Source: a bacterium (GTDB lineage: Bacteria; Zhuqueibacterota; Zhuqueibacteria; Oceanimicrobiales; Oceanimicrobiaceae). Taken from it: DNA of 22,911 nt. Location of the stretch: positions 1 to 22,911 of the forward strand of contig JBHHYI010000059.1 in NCBI GenBank assembly GCA_046757525.1, in the 5' to 3' direction. The translations under genes were made by a program, and so were the position numbers. The notes beneath the pieces are model-generated. The model worked only from the letters and a program-made list of their open reading frames with translations. It was not told where the DNA came from and did not search any database. Of this stretch, positions 1-7,348 are shown one piece after another; position 1 is the stretch's first letter; every line of letters starts with the position of its first letter.

Positions 1-82
1 CATGTTATGACTGTCTCCCGGTGTCCAGTATATAGTTATGGGTAAAGACCAGTTTAAAAAAGGGGATTTCGTATCGACGCCC

Positions 83-132
83 GTCACCCCTCGATAGCGT
101 CACTTGAGAAGCAGTGACCTACTCGGGATGAC
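83..132. repeat. Imperfect ~50-nt palindrome (REP-like hairpin)
   Basis: gtcacccc..tag.cgtcact-loop-agtgac.cta..ggatgac; inner gtcact/agtgac perfect, outer GTCA..TGAC ends. Confidence 0.45.
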
Positions 133-397
133 TCGCACAATGCTTCTCTCAGGAAACGCTTGCTTTTCGTAACGCAAACGTCTTGTTTCAGGCAGATGCC
201 TGATTCCTTTCATGTAAAAGCCCACCAAGCGTGCACAGCGGTTTTATGAGACGCTGCGGTCATTCGCAACGACAACCTGTCATTACCGAAAAAATGACCT
301 GAAAGTCCTCGCAGCCCGCAGTGAGTTAAGGGGTGGAGTTGGAACTGTTTACCTTCCCCGGGCCGAAATCAGGTTTTTTGCAAAGGAAATTGCTGAG

Positions 398-718
398 TCA
401 GGTGCATTCAATGATCTCAGGCGGAGGCGCTCTGCGTGGGGTGTTGAGCAGAATGGCGGGGTAGGTTGAAACAAAAGCTTTGCAATTCTCAGGGTCTATC
501 GATTGGATTGTCGCCAGAGGAGGAAATTGGTAAGCGGCGGGCCGGGCGTAATGACCGCTGAAGAGCCGTTGTTTGCTGGGCTGCTGGTCAAATCCCTTAA
601 AGACACAGACGGAAACCAGATGCGAGCGTGGTCCCGGGGAAGGGTCGATGGTCTTGAATCCCGGAACAACCGCAATCGCAAAAATAAGTAAGAATTGTAC
701 GAGGCTCTTGAAACGCAT
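398..718 (-). CDS. Small exported/membrane-anchored protein with C-terminal RAPP motif (candidate arrest peptide, DUF2946-like architecture)
   Basis: 106 aa; basic then hydrophobic N-terminus MRFKSLVQFLLIFAIAVVPG; ends TPRRAPPPEIIECT. Confidence 0.6.
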   Translation of the reverse strand: MRFKSLVQFLLIFAIAVVPGFKTIDPSPGPRSHLVSVCVFKGFDQQPSKQRLFSGHYARPAAYQFPPLATIQSIDPENCKAFVSTYPAILLNTPRRAPPPEIIECT

Positions 719-726
719 TGATTGTA

Positions 727-783
727 TTAAGACATAATGTTCACTGTAATCGAGGGTATGTTCTCATCCACCAGTATTCTCAT
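727..783 (-). pseudogene. Truncated DUF5615/VapC45-like PIN toxin (18-aa N-terminal stub)
   Basis: Manual translation MRILVDENIPSITVNIMS*; ATG 3 nt after the DUF433 stop; matches the M-x-hhh-DENhP start of PIN toxins that follow DUF433. Confidence 0.75.
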
Positions 784-786
784 ATT

Positions 787-1017
787 CTAACTCGCTAAGG
801 ACTCTATTGGAGTAACTTGCTCCTCGGCGAGTGTAGCGGCATACTCGAGACAGGCGAGAATATCTTCACGTTTTATTGAAGGATAGGCGTCGAGGAGATC
901 GTCTATTGTGTCTCCATTGGCGAGCATACTAACGATCTGGTGCACGGGAATCCGAGTTCCTTTAATGCACGCCTGTCCATGACAGACTTTTGGATCGATT
1001 GAAATTCTCTCATTCAT
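787..1017 (-). CDS. DUF433 family protein (VapB45-like antitoxin)
   Basis: RISIDPKVCHGQACIKGTRIPV...YPSIKREDILACLEYAA signature; GAGG RBS upstream. Confidence 0.92.
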   Translation of the reverse strand: MNERISIDPKVCHGQACIKGTRIPVHQIVSMLANGDTIDDLLDAYPSIKREDILACLEYAATLAEEQVTPIESLAS

Positions 1018-1040
1018 GTATTGAACCTCAAAGTTAATTT

Positions 1041-1084
1041 CTTACAATCAATGCAAATGTAAGCTGAAATTCGTAATTATGCAA
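1041..1084 (-). promoter_or_regulatory. Sigma70-type promoter of DUF433 with overlapping palindromic operator
   Basis: Minus strand TTGCAT(1084-1079)-17-TACATT(1061-1056); inverted repeat CTTACA(1041-1046)/TGTAAG(1058-1063). Confidence 0.55.
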
Positions 1085-1149
1085 GTGAATCTTGTGGAAA
1101 ACACCGGACTGAACTGAATTCTGCGCAATTTTTGTACTGAATTCTTTGA

Positions 1150-1178
1150 TTGACATCTGTTGAATTATTTAGTAAGTT
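1150..1178 (+). promoter_or_regulatory. Sigma70 promoter of moaC
   Basis: TTGACA(1150-1155)-17 nt-TAAGTT(1173-1178). Confidence 0.65.
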
Positions 1179-1260
1179 AAAATCACAATGTACCAATCGC
1201 CTCTTAATGGGTGGGTGTGAGGGGCACCAATCCGATAATGGAAACCAGGAGCGAGAACCC

Positions 1261-1758
1261 TTGAAGAGTGGAGAGAAAAAACGATTGTCTCACCTGGATG
1301 ACCAGGGCAAGGCAAAGATGGTCGAAGTGACGCAAAAGTCCGACACGGTGCGCGAAGCGGTTGCCCACGGTTGGGTCAAGTTGTCCCGGGAAGTCGTTCA
1401 GCTCATTGAAGGGGGCAGCTTAAAAAAAGGCGATGCCTTGGAGGTGGCAAAAGTCGCAGGCATCATGGCGGCGAAAAAAACGCACGAGCTGATTCCGCTT
1501 TGCCATCCCCTTCTCTTGACCCAGGTCGAGGTCGATTTGACTCTAACAGATGCAGGGGTGGAAATCCGGAGTCGGGTCGTGTGTGTGGGAAAGACTGGCG
1601 TGGAAATGGAGGCCTTGACCGCTGTTGCCGCGGCAGCCCTCACCATTTACGACATGTGCAAAGCGGTCGACAAAGAAATGGTCATCGGCGACATTTTTCT
1701 GCTGCAGAAAAGCGGCGGTCGCAGCGGAACTTACGTCAAAAGTTCGTCTGGTTCTTGA
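1261..1758 (+). CDS. moaC: Cyclic pyranopterin monophosphate synthase MoaC
   Basis: SHLD..G.AKMV, KKGD, LIPLCHP, KTGVEMEAL, YDMCKAVD, KSGGRSG motifs; TTG 1261 preferred because the track start at 1150 is the -35 hexamer. Confidence 0.95.
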   Translation: MKSGEKKRLSHLDDQGKAKMVEVTQKSDTVREAVAHGWVKLSREVVQLIEGGSLKKGDALEVAKVAGIMAAKKTHELIPLCHPLLLTQVEVDLTLTDAGVEIRSRVVCVGKTGVEMEALTAVAAAALTIYDMCKAVDKEMVIGDIFLLQKSGGRSGTYVKSSSGS

Positions 1759-1780
1759 AATAGGAGCGCGGAATTTCTGG

Positions 1781-1810
1781 TTGATTTTAAGGAGATTTTT
1801 TCTTAAAATC
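1781..1810 (+). promoter_or_regulatory. Sigma70 promoter with overlapping 9-bp inverted repeat (candidate operator) upstream of leuD
   Basis: TTGATT(1781-1786)-17-TAAAAT(1804-1809); GATTTTAAG(1783-1791)/CTTAAAATC(1802-1810). Confidence 0.6.
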
Positions 1811-1874
1811 TAAGCAACAATTCCTGGGTTGAGTCGTGCAGAAAGTTAATTTTCTTGAAAACAGGAGAAGCAAG

Positions 1875-2375
1875 TTGAAAACAAGCATTAAGGGCAAAGT
1901 TCACAAATACGGCGACAATATCGACACCGATGTCATTATCCCGGCCCGTCATTGTGTGAGCATCAAAGAGGAGGATTTGGCCGCACATTGCCTGGAAGAT
2001 CTGGACAAAGACTTTGTCAACAAGGTGCAGCCCGATGACGTTATCGTGGCTGGTAACAATTTTGGTTGTGGTAGCTCCCGTGAAAATGCGCCCATTGCCA
2101 TTAAAGGGGCTGGCGTGGGTTGTGTAATTGCCAAATATTTTGCCAGAATCTTTTACCGCAATTCCATCAATATTGGCCTGCCGATTCTGGAATGCCCGCA
2201 AGCCGTGGACGGTACGGATGCCGGCGATATTCTCGAAATTGATCTAACTGCAGGCACCATTCTCAACACGACCAAGAATCGAACCTACCAGGCGGCGCCC
2301 TTCCCGGGGACCATGCAGGAGATCATCAACGCAGGGGGTATGGTCAATTACGTGAAAAAGCGCACCGGGCATTAG
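1875..2375 (+). CDS. leuD: 3-isopropylmalate dehydratase/homoaconitase small subunit (type 2 LeuD/HacB/DmdB family)
   Basis: [47 protein letters not shown] 7 nt before TTG 1875. Confidence 0.88.
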   Translation: MKTSIKGKVHKYGDNIDTDVIIPARHCVSIKEEDLAAHCLEDLDKDFVNKVQPDDVIVAGNNFGCGSSRENAPIAIKGAGVGCVIAKYFARIFYRNSINIGLPILECPQAVDGTDAGDILEIDLTAGTILNTTKNRTYQAAPFPGTMQEIINAGGMVNYVKKRTGH

Positions 2376-2400
2376 GAATCTGAACCAAAGGAGTGTAAAC

Positions 2401-3588
2401 ATGAGTGCACATGAAGTGGTTTTCATATCGGGTTTAAGGACCCCGTTTGGGACTTTTGGTGGATCGTTGCGTGATTTTAGCGCGATTGAGCTGGGCACCA
2501 TTGCAGCCAAGGGCGCACTGGAAAAGTCGAGCGTGAAACCCGAGGAGATTGACCATGTGGTGTTTGGCAATGTTCTGCAGACTTCAGCAGACGCCATTTA
2601 TCTGGCCCGCCACGTCGGTTTGAAGAGCGGGGTTCCCGTGCACGTGCCTGCGTTGACGGTGAATCGTCTGTGCGGTTCCGGCTTCGAGGCTATCGTGCAA
2701 GGGGCGCGCATGTTGAAATTTGAGGAAGCAAATTACGTGTTGGTAGGCGGCACCGAAAGCATGAGTCAGGCACCCCATGTGATTCGTGGCGCGCGCTGGG
2801 GCCTGCGACTCAACGCCGGAAAGCTGGAGGACTATTTGTGGGAGGCTTTGTCGGATCCGTACTGCGACTGTCAGATGGCCATGACAGCGGAAAATCTGGC
2901 CGACCAATATGGCATAACCCGGGAGGAAACCGACCAATACGCTTACACCAGCCAGATGCGGGCAAAAGAGGCGTGGAATTCTGGCCGACTTGCCGGAGAG
3001 ATCATTCCAGTGGAAATCAAAGGGAAAAAGGGCAGCACGGTCGTGTTTGATCGTGATGAGCATGGACGGCCCGACACGACCCTGGAGGCGTTGGCCAAGC
3101 TGCCACCTTACTTTAAGAAGGACGGTGCGGTGACCGCAGGTAACGCCAGTGGCATCGTCGACGGCGCAGCAGCCCTGGTCTTGACCACGATGGCCAAAGC
3201 CGAAGCGCGCGGTCTTAAGCCGCTGGGGCGCCTGATTTCCTGGGGCAACGTTGGCGTGGAGCCTTCGATTATGGGCATCGGTCCGGTCGACGCCAGCAAG
3301 ATCGCTCTGAAGAGGGCCGGCCTGACTCTGGAGCAAATGGACCTTGTGGAGATCAATGAAGCCTTCTCACCGCAATACCTGGCCGTGGAAAAAGCGCTGG
3401 GCCTGAACCGCGAGAAGACCAATGTCAACGGCGGTGCCATCGCCATCGGGCACCCCCTGGCAGCAACAGGCGCACGACTAACCTTGACCATTCTTCTCGA
3501 GCTAAGACGCCGCGGTGGCAAATACGGGTTGGCCTCTGCTTGCATCGGTGGCGGACAGGGGATGTCGGTGGTAGTTGAAGCTTTTTGA
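2401..3588 (+). CDS. Acetyl-CoA C-acyltransferase (thiolase)
   Basis: NRLCGSG catalytic Cys, NEAF, GHPLAATG, CIGGGQG; AAGGAG RBS. Confidence 0.96.
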   Translation: MSAHEVVFISGLRTPFGTFGGSLRDFSAIELGTIAAKGALEKSSVKPEEIDHVVFGNVLQTSADAIYLARHVGLKSGVPVHVPALTVNRLCGSGFEAIVQGARMLKFEEANYVLVGGTESMSQAPHVIRGARWGLRLNAGKLEDYLWEALSDPYCDCQMAMTAENLADQYGITREETDQYAYTSQMRAKEAWNSGRLAGEIIPVEIKGKKGSTVVFDRDEHGRPDTTLEALAKLPPYFKKDGAVTAGNASGIVDGAAALVLTTMAKAEARGLKPLGRLISWGNVGVEPSIMGIGPVDASKIALKRAGLTLEQMDLVEINEAFSPQYLAVEKALGLNREKTNVNGGAIAIGHPLAATGARLTLTILLELRRRGGKYGLASACIGGGQGMSVVVEAF

Positions 3589-3780
3589 TGCTTGGCTTGA
3601 ACCAAATGTTATTGTAAGTACCTAAACCGTCTTGACTATGGTGACAGGATCACGGACTTAGAAGTTCGCTTCGAACGTTTGGAAAGTTTAGTCAGAAAAG
3701 ATAGTTGATTTATGATAGAATTAAGCATCCGATGGAATGTAAAAACCCAAAGTCGTTAATGCAATTCTCAAGGAGGGTAC

Positions 3781-4677
3781 ATGGCAATTAAAAAAGTCGG
3801 TGTGTTAGGCTGCGGCTTGATGGGGTCGGGCATCGCGCAAGTCGCGGCAGTGGCGGGGTATGAAACCGTGGTACGAGAAGTGACGCAGGAATTAATAGAC
3901 AAGGGTTTGGCCAAAATCGAAGGCTTTCTTGCCAAAGCCGTTGACAAAGGCAAAATGTCTGATGAGGCCAGGGCCGCGGCGCTAAAAAATCTCACCGGCA
4001 CCACCAATCTGGACGATCTGCAGGGCTGCGATTTGGTCATCGAAGCGATCATTGAGAACATCGAGGTCAAGAAGGAAGTCTACCAGGAGTTGGACAAAAT
4101 CTGTCTCGCAGAAACCATCTTCGCAAGCAACACCTCCTCTCTGACGATTACGGAGATGGCTGCTGCCACAAAAAGACCGGATAAGTTTGTCGGCTTGCAT
4201 TTCTTTAACCCTGTGCCAATCATGAAGCTGGTGGAAGTCGTGCGTACCATTCAAACCAGTCAGGCTACTTTTGACACTGCATTTGCATTTGCGCAGTCGC
4301 TTGGAAAGGAGCCCATCGCCTGCAAAGACAATTCCGGATTTGTGGTGAATCTGCTGCTGGTGCCGTACTTGCTTTCCGCAATTCGGGCCGTGGAAAATGG
4401 CGTGGCCTCTATTGAGGATATCGACAAGGGCATGACCCTGGGCTGCGGTCATCCCATGGGTCCGCTGACGCTGCTGGACTTTGTCGGCATCGACACCACC
4501 TATTACATCGCTAACATCATGTTCGACGAATATCGCGACCCCATGTACGCACCGCCGCCGCTCATCAAGAAGATGGTCCTGGCTGGCCTTTATGGCCGCA
4601 AGACTGGCAAGGGGTTTTATGATTATTCGGGTGAGAAACCAGTGCCGAATGATGTGGTCATAATTGGCGCAAAGTAG
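3781..4677 (+). CDS. hbd: 3-hydroxybutyryl-CoA dehydrogenase
   Basis: [11 protein letters not shown]ossmann motif, [38 protein letters not shown]. Confidence 0.93.
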   Translation: MAIKKVGVLGCGLMGSGIAQVAAVAGYETVVREVTQELIDKGLAKIEGFLAKAVDKGKMSDEARAAALKNLTGTTNLDDLQGCDLVIEAIIENIEVKKEVYQELDKICLAETIFASNTSSLTITEMAAATKRPDKFVGLHFFNPVPIMKLVEVVRTIQTSQATFDTAFAFAQSLGKEPIACKDNSGFVVNLLLVPYLLSAIRAVENGVASIEDIDKGMTLGCGHPMGPLTLLDFVGIDTTYYIANIMFDEYRDPMYAPPPLIKKMVLAGLYGRKTGKGFYDYSGEKPVPNDVVIIGAK

Positions 4678-4716
4678 ATTCGTCCGAGCCGGGGACTCGA
4701 AGCAAAGGAGCACTTC

Positions 4717-5499
4717 ATGAGCTACGAGAATATCTTATTTGAAGCAAAAGATAGCATAGCTTACCTCACCATCAACCGTCCCAAAGTGTTAAATGCGTTA
4801 AACACGCAGACCATGCGGGAAATTCAAGCTGCCCTCGAGCATGTGAAGATGGACAGGCTGCTGGGCGGCGTGATTGTCACCGGCGCCGGGGACAAGTCCT
4901 TCATCGCCGGTGCAGACATCAAAGAACTGGCCACCCTGGACCCCGTGGGGGCTAAAGAATTCTCCTTAGCCAGCCAGGACAGTCTAAGTCTCATCGAGCA
5001 TTTTCCTAAGCCGGTGATTGCTGCGGTCAACGGCTATTGTTTGGGGGGCGGATGCGAGTTCGCCATGGCCTGCCACATGCGGGTGGCCTCGGAGAAAGCC
5101 CAATTCGGGCAACCAGAGGTCAATTTAGGAATCATCCCGGGCAATGGCGGCACCCAGCGACTGCCAAGGTTGATTGGCAAGGGCCGGGCCATTGAATTGA
5201 TTCTGACAGGTAATTTCATCGATGCCCGCGAGGCCTATCGCATTGGCCTGGTTAACAAAGTGACCCCGCCGGAACAGCTCATTGCCACCGCAGAAGAACT
5301 GTTGCAGACCATTCTGACCAAGGGTCCCATTGCTGTAAAACTGAGCCTGGAGGCGATCAACCATGGCCTGGAAATGACGCTGGAAGAAGGTGGGCGATTG
5401 GAGTCCAATTTGTTTGGCTTGTGTTTTTCTACCCAGGACATGCAAGAAGGCACCCGGGCGTTTATCGAAAAAAGAAAGCCGGATTTTAAAGGCAAATAA
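4717..5499 (+). CDS. crt: Enoyl-CoA hydratase (crotonase)
   Basis: NRPKVLNAL, FIAGADIKE, GGGCE and QPEV (both catalytic Glu), GGTQRLPRLIG. Confidence 0.92.
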   Translation: MSYENILFEAKDSIAYLTINRPKVLNALNTQTMREIQAALEHVKMDRLLGGVIVTGAGDKSFIAGADIKELATLDPVGAKEFSLASQDSLSLIEHFPKPVIAAVNGYCLGGGCEFAMACHMRVASEKAQFGQPEVNLGIIPGNGGTQRLPRLIGKGRAIELILTGNFIDAREAYRIGLVNKVTPPEQLIATAEELLQTILTKGPIAVKLSLEAINHGLEMTLEEGGRLESNLFGLCFSTQDMQEGTRAFIEKRKPDFKGK

Positions 5500-5521
5500 G
5501 AATACTTCAGGGTGATTTTGA

Positions 5522-6763
5522 ATGGGAAATCTCAAAGAGAGCGAGTTAATCTACGACTGGAATACCCACGCAGGCACAGAGTTTAAACCTGGAAGGCCTA
5601 TTGAGTTTGACGATGAGACTCTGAGGGACGGCCTGCAAGGGCCGTCGGTCAACGATCCGCCTATCGAAAACAAAATCGAAATGTTGCATTTGATGGACGC
5701 GCTGGGGATTCACACCGCGGCCCTTGGTTTGCCTGGTGCGGGTCCACGGGCAAAGGCGGATGTCACCCGCCTGGCGCAAGAAATCGTGGACAGCAAGTTG
5801 AACATAAAAGCCAATTGTGCCGCCAGAACCATGGAGGCGGACATCATTCCCATCATCGAGATCTCTGAAAAGGTCGGTATTCCCATTGAAGCCTGCACCT
5901 TCATCGGTTCCAGTCCCATTCGGCAATATGCCGAAGATTGGGACATGGATTTTCTGCTGCGGCAAACGGAGACGGCGGTAAGGTTTGCCGTACAGCACGG
6001 CCTGCCGGTCATGTATGTCACCGAGGACACGATTCGCGCCCATCCGGAGGATCTGCGCAAGCTGTACACCAAGGCCATTGAATGCGGCGCTAAGCGCGTT
6101 TGTGTCTGCGATACGGTGGGTCATGCCGTTCCCGTTGGCGCTAAGAATTTGGTCACGTTCGTGCGCGAAATCGTCGAGGCAAGCGGCGCAGAGGTTCAAA
6201 TCGATTGGCATGGACATCGCGACCGCGGCTTTTCATTGGCGAATACCTTTGCTGCCATTGCGGCCGGAGCTACCCGTGTCCATGGTTGCGCTTTAGGCGC
6301 CGGCGAACGGGTGGGCAATACCCCGATGGATTTGATTTTGGTCAATTGCAAATTGCTCGGCTATATCGACAACGACCTGACTTCTCTAAAGAGCTATTGT
6401 GAAAAAGCCTCCCAATACCTGGGCGTACCGAAGCCAAACAATTATCCTGTCATCGGAGAAGATGCCTTTCGCACGGGTACGGGCGTTCATGCTGCGGCGA
6501 TCATCAAGGCTGAAAGCAAGGGCCAGGACTGGTTGGCCGACCGAATCTATTCCGGGGTTCCTGCTGAGATGTTCGGTAGTCATCAAGTCATTGAAATCGG
6601 TCCCATGAGCGGCGAGTCCAATGTAGTCTATTGGTTAAAGAAAAATAGTTTGGAACCGAAAAGAGAATGGATAAAAGCCATCTTTGAAAAGGCCAAATCA
6701 TCAAATCGGTTGCTCACAGATGAAGAAATCCACCAAGTAATAGAGAGCCTGGGAGATACTTAA
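5522..6763 (+). CDS. LeuA-family (DRE-TIM) acetyl-CoA:2-oxoacid condensing enzyme without C-terminal regulatory domain
   Basis: DETLRDGLQ, ED, CDTVG, HGHRDRG (HxH), GAGERVGN, GVHAAA, GPMSG; 413 aa; substrate not assignable by eye. Confidence 0.85.
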   Translation: MGNLKESELIYDWNTHAGTEFKPGRPIEFDDETLRDGLQGPSVNDPPIENKIEMLHLMDALGIHTAALGLPGAGPRAKADVTRLAQEIVDSKLNIKANCAARTMEADIIPIIEISEKVGIPIEACTFIGSSPIRQYAEDWDMDFLLRQTETAVRFAVQHGLPVMYVTEDTIRAHPEDLRKLYTKAIECGAKRVCVCDTVGHAVPVGAKNLVTFVREIVEASGAEVQIDWHGHRDRGFSLANTFAAIAAGATRVHGCALGAGERVGNTPMDLILVNCKLLGYIDNDLTSLKSYCEKASQYLGVPKPNNYPVIGEDAFRTGTGVHAAAIIKAESKGQDWLADRIYSGVPAEMFGSHQVIEIGPMSGESNVVYWLKKNSLEPKREWIKAIFEKAKSSNRLLTDEEIHQVIESLGDT

Positions 6764-6768
6764 TTCCA

Positions 6769-7236
6769 ATGAATGGACCCCGGCCAGTCGACCGTCGCCT
6801 GAAAAGAGATCGAAGAAATAAGCCTACCTCGCCGTTGAGCATTTCGAGTATTACGGGATCCAGGAGATATTCCAGAAGACAAGAAGATCAGTCCACGCAC
6901 CACTACGTTGACCGTTACAGTCTGCGGTCCGCGTTGGTGGTGCTTTGCGCGTTACTCCTTTCGATTTTCGATGCCTTTTTTACGTTGCGGCTGATCAGAA
7001 TGGGGGCTGCTGAAATCAACCCCATCATGGATTTTCTGTTGCAGTTGGGTCCGCTGCCTTTCTTGTTGGTCAAATATTTTCTCACCGGAAGCTGTCTGGT
7101 TTGGTTTCTTGTTCACAAGAATTATTATGCCTTCGGTGGAAGATTAAGCGTGAAATATATTTTGCTGGCCATTCTTTTTTTGTATTCAATTTTAATCGTT
7201 TATGAAATAGTCTTGCTCAACCATATTGGACCATGA
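6769..7236 (+). CDS. DUF5658-family membrane protein
   Basis: Arg-rich DRR..DRR N-terminus, YVDRY, D-x-x-x-T...G..E.NP.M motif, about three TM segments; starts 5 nt after upstream stop. Confidence 0.75.
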   Translation: MNGPRPVDRRLKRDRRNKPTSPLSISSITGSRRYSRRQEDQSTHHYVDRYSLRSALVVLCALLLSIFDAFFTLRLIRMGAAEINPIMDFLLQLGPLPFLLVKYFLTGSCLVWFLVHKNYYAFGGRLSVKYILLAILFLYSILIVYEIVLLNHIGP

Positions 7237-7348
7237 TTCGCAGGCAAGAATCTTACGTAACGACACGAACGGTCTAATTTATTGGTATCGGGCAAGCGAG
7301 AACTGCGCACGGTCAATTTAACCAACCAAACTCTGAGCACTTAAGCTG

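Larger units (their letters stand above)
715..1054. repeat. Perfect 12-bp inverted repeat pair (715-726 / 1043-1054)
   Basis: GCATTGATTGTA at 715-726 and TACAATCAATGC at 1043-1054. Confidence 0.6.

Noticed and set aside
1185..1260. Moco riboswitch in the moaC leader
   Set aside because: Only one hairpin (1199-1225) in ~75 nt; too short and lacking recognisable Moco motif elements.
7237..7348. LexA/SOS box upstream of dinB
   Set aside because: No CTGT-N8-ACAG or GAAC-N4-GTTC; only an 8-bp TTACGTAA palindrome, which is not sufficient.
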